A DNA stretch of 63,810 nucleotides, counting the filler, from Choristocarpus tenellus KU-1152 (Eukaryota > Protista > Phaeophyceae): NCBI GenBank assembly GCA_964200185.2. It is 9 parts of 9 records of this genome, joined end to end, with 100 filler letters (N's around TTAATTAATTAA, not from the genome) between each part and the next. Parts side by side here need not be neighbours in the genome. Positions count along the whole stretch, not along the records: positions 20,493 to 26,714 come from CAXNAD020008647.1; positions 26,815 to 35,189 come from CAXNAD020004792.1; positions 35,290 to 44,895 come from CAXNAD020003540.1; positions 44,996 to 48,294 come from CAXNAD020020946.1; 5 more parts are not named here. One strand, written 5' to 3'. The notes beneath the pieces were generated by a model that was not told the DNA's origin, searched no databases, and was given only the letters and a program-made list of their open reading frames with translations. A program made the position numbers and the translations under genes. Positions 26,570-46,122 of this stretch are shown here, in pieces (position 1 is the first letter of the stretch; each line of letters opens with the position of its first letter).

Positions 26570-26673
26570 TGGCTGTCCATTTTGGACCAATTTTTGGGTG
26601 ATTTGGTTGCATCTGTTGGACAGATAATGCACGTGCACCTTTCTTGGTTATGACCCAAATGGACACCCTGGTA

Positions 26674-26707
<34 letters not shown>

Positions 26708-29700
26708 CCAACACNNNNNNNNNNNNNNNNNNNNNNNNNNNNNNNNNNNNNNNNNNNNTTAATTAATTAANNNNNNNNNNNNNNNNNNNNNNNNNNNNNN
26801 NNNNNNNNNNNNNNATACGTCTAATGGATAATGTAAATGCACGTTTCCTGATTTTGATCCAAATGGACACCCTGGTGTAGACCCCCCCTCCCCTTTGGGT
26901 CAGAAAATATGGGGGCAACCTGTGCGTATATCAAAATCAGTGAGAATGAGGATGGCAGAGAGAAAACAAGGAAATTAAGTCAGTGTCTGATGGAACAGAA
27001 TCTGCTTTGGTGAGGGGAGATATGGCTCGTAAACTTAAACGTTCTTATCGATTATGACTAAATATCCCTCAGATGCACAGCGTACTTGAGTCGGCTACAT
27101 GGTTTATGTTTGTTCATGAGAATCATGGTGTAAAAGCCTTTCGCACCCTCTGTTAAAGGTTTGTTTATCGATTTTTCTTGTTACTAGTAGGTGTAGGTAG
27201 TGCACAAATATCAAAACTTTGGGACTGTAGTATGGTAGAGTCAGAGGTCAGATTGCCTATTGATTGTTATCACGCCAAGTTCTCGGTTCGACAAGAATGA
27301 GTTCTGATGTACTGGCCACTTCAGTTTCGCTGATTTGTGCCCTCAAAATTTGATTCCAGTTTTTTGCGACCTGTAGTATTTCTTGAGCTGCCATCTGCTC
27401 TCTCTCTCTCTTTATTGTGTTGCTTGTGCTCACTAATTATATGAATTCTATGAAGAAAATACTTTACCATTGGCAATGTAGCCTTTGGCTTGACTCCACT
27501 TTGCAGCATCTAGAACCAACTGTCTTGATTGCAACGAGGCCAAAGAAGTAGACTTCCAGCTGCATGTAACTATCACGTTCATATCAGCTATTGTTTGCGC
27601 CGTGATGAAAAGCTATGGTAGGTACTGATTTATTGCCCTTTGTAGCAGCGATGATGTGATATTGGATCTCTGAGAGCAAAGAGGTCATTTGTTTCACTTC
27701 TTCTGGATTATCAGAAAGGCACTGTCTTTGAAATTGTGGACAGTCCCTCCCTTTACTCATCCTCTGTGTTTGTGTCTTAAGTTGGTACGGGATCTGTCGG
27801 TCTCTCCTGTGTCATATTTCGGGATTATGAAACGATCAATTCATGTCAATGATCACTCAAGGCTCAAGTTCATCGAGTGGTGTTGTACACCCAGACCTAA
27901 CATTTGGAGCTCCCAATACTTCTGAGCAAGATACCTCTTTGAAATTGTTGACTGTAGCTATGCAAGAATCTACATATCCCTGTATAGAGCCATGCAACTG
28001 ATCCACTGATCCTACTTTCATGTCGGTGATTTGTGGGGAGAGGTAGTTGGAAGCGTGATATAGCAAACAAACCTATTCTCCCCTCCCCCTGTCCTTGTCC
28101 CTGTGAAAAACGCATTCTCTTGCAGAAACGCTTATCCTCACGCTTCTTCGAATCATCTCCCTAAGCTCGAACCCCATGAATATCTGTATATATGTACTTA
28201 TATCTATTGTGTTGTCTGGCACGGATGGATGTGTGTCGGTGCTAGCTTCAAACATGCTGGTTCGGACAGTGGAGGCAGTAGACGGGAGAGGACGGGTGGT
28301 GGTGGGACTCATCAAGACAATTCCAGTGTGACACAGCTCTATACCATGGCAATGGATCTTTATGCCATAGGGTGGGTTGGACTATGTATCAAAAACGTTG
28401 CAGCTACAACGTCCAGGTGGAGGGTGGGGGGAGAGGGGGGAGGGTTTTCACTTTGCCGATTTGGTGCACAGGTTATGAACACATTTATCGCCCTTGTTCT
28501 TCATATTCGTTTCTGTGATACGTGTGTCAAGAAGCAAACCCAATCCAATACTATGACAAGGTACATAGTATTGTGTTAATAGAGGGATGGTAAGCATAAT
28601 TCGGATTGATGGGATTGGGTTTGCTGTTGTAGCAGGGCAAATGCGACTTAATGGCTCAATGTGAACTTACAACTTGCCATTCTATTGGTGGTAGTATTGT
28701 CTTTTGTATCGTCACCCGAGTCCTGCATGAACCATACTCGTGACCTGGACCATCATCAAGGGAGGAACTATTGGCCTGGGAAGAAATTTTTATTTTCTTG
28801 TATAGGAATCGTCACGGTTTTGTTCTTGAATATAATTAAGGCTTTGAGTACTATAAAATTGCTATATCGAATTATCAGTAGAGATGAAAAAATGATGGAT
28901 GGTCCTATGGTGAGTTCTGTACACAACATACACAAGAACAGTAAGTGGAGGAAGCGGAACAGGCCTTCCCATTATTTCAAGTACAAGATATTTTTGTGAT
29001 AGTTGTTTTTTCTTGTATTGTTTGGTGACATGCGTGTCCACTGGTGGAAAGAAGAAAGAAGCGCAGGACCATCGTATCCATTTTGCTCGTCAATATATTG
29101 TACCGTTGCTTTGTCAAAGTCAACTACGTAACACTACAATAACCTTTCTCAGAACTGCCCTGAGTAAACTGTAAATAACACTGTAAGGATACAAGAGCTG
29201 CACAAGGGACACACCCCTTATTTCTCCCGTAGTGAACCAGATACTTCCCTAGATATGAAGTGAAAATGGATATTGATGGTGGAGTAAATATATTTCTATT
29301 ATGAGAAATACCTGAGTGGATTTATACACGAACTTATGTACAATGCACATGGTCGTTTGTTTCAAAGATTTGCGTCTTGCTTATGTATGAAGAAGAAATT
29401 CAGGAGTATTGTGTTAGTTTAGTCATGAAAGGGCTGTACTTCGTTGTTTCACTGCTTTGGCACCATACACAGCTGGAACATTATTTTTACTGGTTCTATC
29501 ATACAACAAGAGTCATATCTTAGTCATCTTAGCCTGGGGAATCTCTTGTCGTCAATATTGATGCCATGCCACGTACATAACTCTAACTATAGCCCTGACC
29601 TTGAACCTCTACTACTATGGATATCATTAGCATTATTGCCTGAGCATTTCCCTTTTAACTGCAGAGTCCAAGCCTAACCCCAATCATGCCCCACCTCTCA

Positions 29701-29828
29701 CTTTTCACGTTTTGTACTAACAACGCTTAACAATACCAGACACTTGACATCTGAATTACACATTCAATCTCTTATTAAAAAGGGAGCCCTAACCCTACAC
29801 CTGTGAAATATGATCTTTGGATGCATGC

Positions 29829-30089
29829 GAGTGAAAGTATCTTATAGAGGGTGCGAGTTTTGCCCTGTTTGTCCATTTGGGGTTGGCTTCCCAAGTTTTT
29901 TTAATGATATTTTCCTACTCCAAAATAGTTCGGAGTAGGTAAAATATATGCGTTATGAAATGGTGTGTCCAGAATATGGATATTGACACTTCCTAGCAAA
30001 CACGATAGCCAAAATTACACCAAAATAGCAACATCGGATTTTGGCCCCCAAATGGACGTGGGGCTCTACCCTCTAAGATACTCTGGCTC
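29829..30089 (-). mobile_element. 260-bp MITE copy (Sola2-like) with 4-bp TSD ATGC
   Basis: ATGC|GAGTGAAAGTATCTTATAGAGGGT ... ACCCTCTAAGATACTCTGGCTC|ATGC. Confidence 0.9.
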
Positions 30090-32001
30090 ATGCGATTGAT
30101 GACCATGAACCTAGCCCTAAGCCAAACCCACATGTTGACTTAGTAAATCCGTGCCTTGTCTGTGTGACAACAATGATGTCCTTGTATCTGTCTTCCCATG
30201 CCAAGGAGATACATACACTTTCACCTATAGATGATGAGTCCCACTTCATTTATTAAAATCAAATTCAAAGGGGATGCTAATTCCTTTTCCTTGTTCAAGA
30301 TGTAGATGTATTTTATAAACGACTGTGTCAGGGTGCTCCGTAAGTACTGTTTGATTATATATGTGGCACAGTTCGGAATTGAGACAAGAAGCCTACTCAT
30401 GCATCAGGAATGAGGGATAATGCTTGGTTGTCTTGTTTCTGGACTGATATTCCTCTTCTTGTATGTTTGCTCTTGTTCCTTCTCTAGGCAGATGATGTAT
30501 TGATCACATCTGAAGTAGAAACAAGTGACTCATTATGGTCACTTGGAGACGAGTGGGGGGCAGGAGTAGGTATGATGAGGGGTCACTTACCTTCTGTGAT
30601 ATGTTGTGATATGGTTTTCTTATATCGATATTTGAGTCAAATTCCAAATATGGCTTGAGGCACGTTGTATTGGGATCCTGCACAACACACACAGCATGTT
30701 ATTAAGGTGGGATTTTTTTGGATTGGCAGACTGAGTCCTTCAACTAACTGAGACCTGAGAGACAGCCCTTATTGGTCACCGAATACTTATTGTTGCTTGC
30801 TGCTATCAAAAGTGTCCATATCGAAACAAGATTATGAGTATTTATGGTAATGATGTTGTAGTTATTTCAGTATTCTTCCTTCTATCCTTCTCGAAATATC
30901 AGTATGTTTTGCTCTCGTAGCTGTTGGTAATTACATTGTTGCAGTGAGGAGGCCTTGTTCGTCTCGCAAGTGATTACTGAGAAGCTGTTAGAATGGATTG
31001 ATCCGTCTTACTTCCTGTTGCATGTATCCATGTATGCTTAGTACGTAGTTGGAGCGAGTATTATGTACACCAACCAGAGAAATGATATACGACAAGGTTG
31101 CTCCTCTACCAAGGAGAAGGTGGCTTCGCTTACTGTTGGCGGGCAGCTAGTTATTATATTTAGTACAGTAAGCAACAAGCAGCTAGGTTCACTCAGCTGT
31201 ACATACACTCTTCTTGAATCTACTGCCGTATTTTCGTCTCCTTCTCTCCTTCTTGCCTGCCCTTGGCGTTCCTACCCTTCCTTATACATCCTCATGTACT
31301 ACTTGTCCAGAAGTGGGCTAGGAGTAGGAGGTTCGTTGGATTGGTAAGACGTGTATTTTACACGATACAACAATCATTTATGGGGTAGCAACTCTTCTCC
31401 CCTTCTAGATTCATGGGGATCTTGATTGGTTCAAATTCCAAATCAATGATTCGATGGACCTGTCATCCTTAGTTGAACAGTGAACCGGCACACTGGCCTC
31501 ATATCATTCAATTGAATATGTTAAAATACCAAGGTGGAATTGATTGGTTGGGTGGTGTCGGTTTGTATTTTATGTAGATAAACTCAAAACACTAATTCCT
31601 GGTGACATTTTTTGTAGTAACCTCTAACTGTTGGGTATACTGATTTTAGAGTGGTGCGCTATACTATTATCTAAGTGGTGGTGTTGTCACATAAATGAAG
31701 TTGATTCGCTTAATTCCCCACCAACGATTCGATTGGCCTGTCGTCCTTAGTTAAGGATTGAACGGGCACAGCTTTAATATTTGTAATAATCCGTAACCGC
31801 TAATATATTGATTTTAGATTGCTACAATAGAAGTGGTGGTATTGTTTTATGGACGAGATCCCCACCCCATCCAACATCAGAGCATCACAACATATCCATT
31901 TCCTGAGCTGTGCAACCCAGCAAGCTGGGGTAGGTGCAACAGCGATGAAGACCCCTCCGTCACCGAACCGTCGTCACCCTCAAACGAGGGCATTTGTCTA
32001 G

Positions 32002-35000
32002 CGATCCTCCAAAAGACTCCAACTTTCTTCCACGGTCGCGAAATCTTCCTCGACGAATCATGACGCATACAAAAACACCTCCTTATCTTGGTCTCCCTCG
32101 ACATCCTCCAGAGGGGCGGGCTCATTTCCAACAAGTGCAGTCCTAGAAGGACTATCTTACCAGGGAACACCCATCCTTTCGATGCTCAAGCCAGCACTCC
32201 AAAGTGCGCTGCATAGCCTCGGCCTGGAGACTTCAGGGTTAAAGTCAGCTCTTCGAGTACGACTGGGGAGGCATATTGGTCAACTCCCTAACCTCGCTGA
32301 AGCTACCGAGGCGGGTTCTGTCGGGATTCAAAACCCAGGGTCATCATGCGCCACAGCTCATGACCAGGGGGGTGAACAACAGGCGACCGGCAGTGACACG
32401 TTCCACGGCGTACCCATCTCGAGCATGACTGTGGTAGTACTGACCAAGCACTTGAGGTCACTAGGCCAAAAGACCAGAGGGTTGAGAAAGAGTGACCTGG
32501 TACTCTCCCTCAGGGAGGCAATCAAGGTTGACGGCTCGTCCATGGTGGAGTCGGGGACGACTCAGTCGACAACAGGGGATGCCGTGACCAACGGGGGTTC
32601 AGCAAGTGTAAGCAACTCTAACTCAACGGCAGGAGACCTTCAGGGAGCCGCAGAGGTCCTTGCTCCTGGTGATGAAGAAAACAATTGCATCCTCGACCAT
32701 TACACCATTCATCAAGTCTCTTACAGTGACACGACTGTTTCTTCTATGACGGCCGAGGAAGTCCAGGATCTCCTGAGTGTCCTAGACCTTGCGCACCCTC
32801 ATGGTTCTCCAGCTGAACTTGCTGCCCGCTTAGCAACGGGTCTCATCCAGCGCCGGGAAGAGGCCTTAGCTGAAGGGCGGCAGAAGGCATGGTGTGGTCG
32901 AAGCATAAAGGATTTGAGGAAGTCCGAAATGGTGCACATTCTCTCGAGCCTTGGAACAAGGGCAACAGGCAATCTCAATACTCTGCAGAGTAAGGTGAGG
33001 AAGGCGGTGACGGCCTGGGCGGATAAGGTAGCTGTTGAGTCGGGCTGTGACGGTGGAGATGGTGAAGTGCTGGAGACGGAAGGTTCGAGTGATGGTGTGG
33101 GATCTCGGATCGGGGAAGAGGAAGATGGTATGGAGATGGCTGTCACTATCAACGACAAATGTGAGGCGACATCCCTGCAGGCTGTCCTCCCGACCTTTGA
33201 GACACTAGAAAGTACTTCAGAGATGGATGTCACTGACAATGACCCACCTGAGGCGACCCCCATGGAGCTTGTTACTCCGACCTCTGGGCCTGTTCAAAGG
33301 CCAGAAGAGGTGGGCATCGAGGGCAGTGAGGAAAAAGATAACCAAGATCTGCTAAGGGAGGAGGAGAGACGCACTAGTTCCATTGCAGACACTGTCCCAT
33401 TGGTTTCTCTTCGAGAAACCACAGAGGGAAGTCCCTCAGCAGCAGTAGAGGGGGAGGGCGCAGCCCCAGCAATGAGTGAGGCGGCAATGGTATTTTGGCA
33501 AGGTGATGGGGCCAGGGGGGAACAGGAGGAGGAGGAAGAGGAGAAGAATGAGGAAACCTGTCGGAAGATGAATGAGAGCTTGGGTGGAAACCTCAACGGT
33601 GGGGAGGGGCAATATCCTCTAGATGCCTCATTCGATGGGGGAGAGGAGGAAATGGAATTCGAGGTAAGGCTTGTTTGGCAACACGGTGTGTGTGAGAGAG
33701 AGTCTTGTTTTTATTGGCAATCTAACATTATCTTGCAGAGTGATTGATCCTTACTCTTTGTGAAACAAAGGTGCAGTGGCTTGAGATGTCCCATCCCTTG
33801 TCAAGAGAGAGTGTTGGAGGGGGAGGGTAGTGGGAGAAGGGCAGCCCTGTTGTTGTTGTTGTTGTTGTTGTGGTTGTTGTTGGCTTATATGGGGAAGAGT
33901 AAAGTGCAATAAGGGACATGAGCAACCCCAATATCAATACAACACTGTCTATCATGTACTCTCTCATGCTTGCCAGTGTGAACACCCCTTGCCTCTCCAA
34001 ACGATGTTGCCTTCTCCACAACCCAGCAACAGCCCTCATTTTTTTTTCATATTTCCTTCTAACAGTCCTTTTTGGAGTACACCAGGTGGTGGATATTTGC
34101 TCCTGTATACTGTTGGGTTCAATAATTGAGTTTCACCTCTTCCCCCATAAAGTGCTTCAATTTTAGAACCTTTTTCACCTTACCCCCACTCTGTCCACCT
34201 CCTTGCAATGTTGAGTGCTACACGATTCTGAAATCTACTTTTACTCTGGCCCCACTGTGCACCTCCAGGCTTTCTCTTTGAACGACATGGCATCAGAGGT
34301 TGGCAGTAGCGTCTCCAGAGCACATTCTGTGCATGGAGGGGGTGGCGGCGACTCTAAACACTTCTGGAAGACTCCAGTTGATGGCCCTCGGCCACAGGTG
34401 TACAATTGGGTCAACTGGGGCACCCATGGGGGCACATGGCAGACTTGTCCATCAGTACATGCTGAGGGGCAACCAACAGGACAAATGGCGCAGCAGTCAT
34501 ACTTCCATGCGGGTGGAATCGTTGCTCTTGGGGATCCCACGGTAAGAGTGAGTTCCAATTTTTGGGGGGTTGATGATGTGGGAGGGTGGATGAGATGAGA
34601 AGCTTGTCCTGCCGGGCTTGAATGTATTTTGGAAAATTCATTGGTGATGTGCTTGATATTGGTCTATCTTGCTCTGCTGATGCTGAAGGCGCAATCTGTT
34701 GCACTACTATTGCTATTAATACTATTGTTGAGAAAGGTAAGGGGGTATTGAAGTGTTAATGACAGTATATTCTTGTAAACATAATTGTTGTGTATTTGTC
34801 TTGCTTGTATACTGTGATCTTTGTGTTTTGTGCCTCCAGTGTTATATTTTAAATGAAGTTGTTGCAACCAATCTATGTTGTGGAATATGTGCTTTGTGCG
34901 TTATTCTGTTCCACAACAAATTCCTAATCCCTCCCCCCTCCTCCCCTCTTCCCCTCCTCTGGGCATAGTCCCCATTTTCCCCTCTTACCACTTCACCCCT

Positions 35001-35189
35001 GGAGGGTGCAAGTGTGGCAAGGGGGATAAAGAGAAAGGCTGCATTTTGTGGCTCCAATGATGGGGATGACATCAATATGCCTAAAAGCATGAAGACTGCT
35101 GGTAATCATCTCTCCCACATTGCCACTGGGGGTGCTGGAACGGTTGATCCTGAAGGCAAAGCAGTTACTGAACCCTCTCCTCCTATTGC
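32002..35189 (+). CDS. Protein with four SAP-like repeats and an acidic low-complexity region. Multi-exon, 5' end uncertain, 3' end cut by the contig edge.
   Basis: Large exon to 33663 (GAG|GTAAGG), then phase-0 exons 34269-34541 and 34969-35189. Repeats MLKPALQSALHSLGLETSGLKSALRVRL, MTVVVLTKHLRSLGQKTRGLRKSDLVLSL, MTAEEVQDLLSVLDL..GSPAELAARL and LRKSEMVHILSSLGTRATGNLNTLQSKV fit the SAP consensus. Confidence 0.75.
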
Positions 35190-37621
35190 NNNNNNNNNNN
35201 NNNNNNNNNNNNNNNNNNNNNNNNNNNNNNNNNTTAATTAATTAANNNNNNNNNNNNNNNNNNNNNNNNNNNNNNNNNNNNNNNNNNNNCCCCCCCCAGA
35301 TACTTTGGGTACAACCCAAAATTGGGAAGGTTTGAAGTCGTCTTACCGATGCAATGTAAAAGGTTTATCTTGAGAATAATTTTGAGTATACAGTTGACAC
35401 GTATGGCACATAGTAATCCACCTCGCATGATATATGAGACTCACGACAAATTGAGAAGTATTTGAGGCCCAGCACTTACCCCTCAGGTATTTTTTCGAGA
35501 CTGTCAAACATCGAGCTTGAAAGAACTCTTACCTCTATCAAAATAACCTGATTACCACCCATTATCGTTGGTTACATCAAATTATCCATACCTTACAGGC
35601 GCCGTCTACAAGCCTCATCATCATCAGCCTACAGGTTTGTGGAATTGGAGTAATATATGCCACCAAGGTAAGTTGCTGGGGGCGTTCGTAACAGAAGAGC
35701 TCCCAACTACCTACTATTTCCACAGATAGATCTTCGTAAGCATGGATCGTCTGATGCCTATGGAAGATTCTTTGGCTTTGAAAACCTGGGTGATCCATCT
35801 CCCAGATAGTATATACTCTCCTGCGTGCAGACCATGATAACTTGGAAGACCAATTAACTCAAGGATGAATGCAAGGAACATCCTATGACAATCAACACAA
35901 GACATCCTTTACACGGTTGGCATGGTGCAGCACATCGCAGACACTACCCATTACATGCAAAGAAATGGCAACCCCATCCAACAAGGAAGCTGAAGGGTTT
36001 TATTAGTGGTTCCCATTAATATTACAGGCGAAATTCAGCTCCTACTGTTGGTGTAAGGGTGGTAACAACTTCAAGGAGAGAGCGACACTTAGAGAACCCA
36101 GCACGAGTTGACTCCTTCAAGATGGCGCCATGCGTTCAAAGTGGGTTATTGTAACACTTCAAATTTGACTTGGCATTTCCTTAAGCAAAATACATGGGCA
36201 ACATCCCATATACAAGAACAGAGATAATGTTTCCACCAGCAGTGGAGAAAAGGCTCAAAAATGAGTTTAAGTACAAATTTCGGGCTTCCAACAACGAGAG
36301 ATTTTTGCCTTGCCTACAACACTAACGAGTGAACCAAATGAGTCCTAATTGTCTGGGTCAATTTTATTTTAACCATAAATCATTCCATCCAAAACTACAC
36401 GTAAGTTGTACGGATCAAAACATGAACCCAGATCGCATCACATATTTTTTCGAAGATAATAAGTTTCAATGGAACACATGGCAAGCACAATGGAGGGGTA
36501 CACCTCCATCCTCCTGTCTTTCGATAAACCACAAAACAAACATGGCAAACCTAAAATTGTTGTGATGAAGCTTCATGGTAGAGAGGCAAGTACTGCGCAA
36601 GGTAGGCAGGATGGGATGACTGAACCCAATATGCAAGCAATGGAGTTGTATTGCAGCACTTTGTAGTTAATGAACAGTAGTAGTGTGTGTATATCTGAGT
36701 AAGGTTACTTCTGACCATGGGTCGGGAATAGGTTTGTTTCTGGCTTATAGCCTCAGACTAGAATAAGTGAGACGATAAAATAGTATTGTGGAAAGTACTT
36801 AGGAGTAGGCACTGATAGTTTCAAATATGGTTTATGCTGTGTACCACCTTGGAAGCCAGAAAAAAAACGCTTCGCATAATACCTCCTAAAACATCTGCCT
36901 GCTCTCTCATTATGAGAATATTTTACGGCAAACGACATTATCATTATCTGGTGAAATCGATTCACACAACTACTACTTCCAATAAAGTCTCACAGCAAAA
37001 TGACACTGCTTACTCTGGTACAGTAGTGCAACAAACAAGCAAAGCAATAGGAATAATCTATCAAGTACATAACAAACCATACGATAAATTCAGTGAAATT
37101 GCACCCAAGGTCGGACTTGACAATACCATTCATGTACTCTGTTAAAGTCATCTGAAGACAAAATAAATTTAGAAAAATGAACAATAATCCTCTTTTATGA
37201 TAATACTCAAACTTTACATTCACCTTGGTTAATCCTATCAACATTATCTCTGTTGCTGTCATGCACAAATTTTCACCAACAAACCCGCCACAAACATAAA
37301 CCAACATCATAGCATAGCATGGCATAGCACCTTCATGAATTAGGCTAATGAATTTTTTTTAAGGTTCCTGTCTTCTCTTTTGAACTGCTAGAAATAACAC
37401 TCTTCATTTTTTAAATATTGTCACCAAGAGCATCGCATGTTTATTTTTTATCATTTTCATTAGTTATTCCAAGGAGAATGTCATTGTGACTATGTCTGCT
37501 CCATACACATGGATACACATCACCCTTTCCTTAGGGGTTCACAGACATTGTGAGAGATGAAACCCTGCATCCATGTGCCCTACAGCAGTTCAAGATATTA
37601 AGACCTACAAGTCCAACTACT

Positions 37622-43386
<5,765 letters not shown>

Positions 43387-43632
43387 GGTTGCCCCGGATT
43401 CTGCAAGGTAACTCCCCCTTCTCCTTGGAATCTGCTCCCTCCTCAATAAGGGAGCACCACTGGTTTGCCTCACGAAAAATAATATTTTAGTACATGCCTT
43501 TCAAGGTTGTAACGCCCTTTCACATTTTTTTGTGTTGGTGTTCAGTACTTTGTTGTACGTTCGAACAAACTTTCTTCTACCATCAACCTGTCGTGTTGAG
43601 GCTTGGTGACCCACCTTCGGGTGTCGTCTACC
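43387..43632. promoter_or_regulatory. Putative bidirectional promoter between RPL11 and the Hsp70 gene
   Basis: Only 246 nt separate the two divergent inferred ATG codons. Confidence 0.6.
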
Positions 43633-44624
43633 ATGTCCTCACACTTGATGGTAGTCGTAGCTGTTGTTGTAGGTAAGCCCCTCTTCCTTCTTATTTTGAT
43701 TCTGGATCGTGCCTTTGACCTTGCCCTTCTTTGATGCAAAAAACACTTTTGTTTTATGTTGAATCCAACTTCCACTTGCGAACCAATGTTAATCTCACAG
43801 GCGCCTGCGCTGTGCTTGCTGCTACTGGGTTTCGTGGTCGTCAGAGCGTTGTTGGGATAGATCTGGGTACAACATACTCCGTTATCGGTGTAAACGAGGT
43901 GAAGAGAATAGACACGTGGCAGGGATACGTCAACATTATGCGACCAGTGCAAGCTCTGTCCAGGTCGATCAGGCACTTCCACTGTACGTAACCTTACCAA
44001 GACATTGAAGTGGCCATCTTGACCTTTAATTCTTAAGACTCAGTCATCGGCTGTCGATTATTCCTCGGGCATTTCTTTTGTTTCTTTCCTTTGGTGCAGG
44101 CTGGTAGGGTTCACATCATCAAGGGGTCAAACGGAGACCCCCTGATACCATCAGTGGTATCCTTCTTGGACGGTGGGGGGGTTGCTGTTGGACGAGATGC
44201 TGTTGCTCTCCTTGACAGCGAACCGGAAAATACCATCTATGGTGCCAAAAGGTTCATTGGGAGAAAGTGAGTTCAAGACCTCCTGGAGGTGACTCCGATT
44301 TTATTGCCGTAGCGTGCATCTTTAGGGCTGTCCTGGTGTGAACAAAGTGCACCTTTCAAAATTGGTGGTATGCTCTGAATTCGTAGGTAAGCTTATCCGC
44401 GTCTTGGTGATGGTATTGCTTCATTATTCCAACACCAAACGAGCATTGCAACTACCGAGTCTCTAAAGGACAAGTGGAAGGTACAGAATTCATGACCACA
44501 TTATATCTCTACCTCTGGTACACGCAAGGTTTTCTGATGAGGCTGTTTCGGAAGAGGCAGCGGAGCATCACTTCAGCTTGGTGCATCAACCCGAGGACAT
44601 CTCTGGGGCTTGGTTCAGCATCAA
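43633..44624 (+). CDS. Hsp70-family chaperone with N-terminal signal peptide (ER type, HSPA13/BiP-like), first 4 exons, truncated by the contig end
   Basis: Exons 43633-43672, 43801-43898, 44100-44266 and 44529-44624. Hydrophobic leader MSSHLMVVVAVVVGACAVLAA, then VVGIDLGTTYS, IPSVVSF and PENTIYGAKRFIGRKF. Confidence 0.92.
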
Positions 44625-45655
44625 GTAAGACAGCTTGCTGGCTGTATGTTCCCTTAAGCGTGTGGATGAACGAGATGTTCTAGTGCATAGTGCATTCCCC
44701 TCGGAGATTTATCGTTTCCAAACCTTGGCATCCAAATCCTTTTATAAGTCTCTCTTACACTGGGACACGATGACAAATGCAAAACATATTTCTAACCCAT
44801 GTTGCGAGTTCAATGGGTGGGGGGTTTCAACAGGTGCGTGGAGTCATGTTCCCCCTTCCTCACACCTTGCACAACCATTTCACCTTTGTTGCCCCNNNNN
44901 NNNNNNNNNNNNNNNNNNNNNNNNNNNNNNNNNNNNNNNTTAATTAATTAANNNNNNNNNNNNNNNNNNNNNNNNNNNNNNNNNNNNNNNNNNNNCCCTT
45001 TGTTCTCTAAGTGCCCAAAGGTACGGGGGGGGGGGGGGGGGGTCTACACCAGGGGGTCCATTTGGGTCAAAATCAGGAAAAGTGCATTTACAGTATCCAT
45101 CCGACATATGCAATCAAATCACCCAAAAATCGCGAATGGACAGCCGCCACCCCTCCCAGATACTTTGAGTCTGAAAAGGTGTGCCCGGAACAAGGATATT
45201 CACATTTCCTAACAAATATGATAGCTATAATTTCATCAAAATCGAAACGTTGGATTTTCGCCCCCAAATGGACGTGGCTCTACTCTCTAACATACTTTGG
45301 CTCGACTACTTGATTTAAGTATGGTCCTGTATTTCTCACGATTACTGTAAGTTGGTCAACCGAGACCCATCAAATTAGGTTAAGCATGCTGATGCGATTA
45401 CAACAAACAAATTGTCATGAAAAAAATGTTGATGAAAAGTTAGGATACGAAAAAGTCGATACAGGAGGGGACTGCTAACACTGTATACATCACACACAGG
45501 GGTAGCATGCGTCACCCAAGTTTCGTCTGATATTGATTCAAGTGTGTTCTTCTAGTACATTTTGTTTTTGTCTGTCATCTTCCTTCTTTTTAACAACAGA
45601 AGACTCAACCTGTATGTCAATTGTTGATTATTATTCTTTCTTGGTTGTCATTGCC

Positions 45656-45908
45656 GAATGAAAGTATCTTAGAGGGTACGAGTTCTGCCCTATTGGTCTG
45701 TTTGAGGCTTGGCTTCTCACAGTTTTTTTTATGACATTTGCCTACCCCGAAATCTTTTGGAGTAGGTAAAATGTGTACGTTATCAAAAGGTGTGTCCGGA
45801 ACAAGGATATTGACACTTATTAACACGATAGCAAAATTCCATCAAAATGGCAACATTGAATTTTGACCCTCAAAGGACGCGGCACTACCCTCTAAGATAC
45901 TTTAACTC
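45656..45908 (-). mobile_element. 260-bp MITE copy (Sola2-like). A partial copy lies at about 45172-45303.
   Basis: GAATGAAAGTATCTTAGAGGGTA ... TACCCTCTAAGATACTTTAACTC. Confidence 0.88.
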
Positions 45909-46122
45909 ATTGATTTGGTCACAGGACCCCGCCTCGGTACCAACACCGACTCCAACACGTACCATCCTTCCCCTTATACGCACAATCACCACAACCCTTA
46001 GGATTGGACGGATAGGGACGACAGACCGCACTGTAACATATCTACCAAACTTCTATACATCCACACGTTCCGAACACAAGAGATAATCACCTTCCGATTT
46101 ACAAGATGACTGCGCGGGATGA

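Noticed and set aside
27300-28600. Short minus-strand ORFs that might be exons
   Set aside because: No consistent splice phase or recognisable domain.
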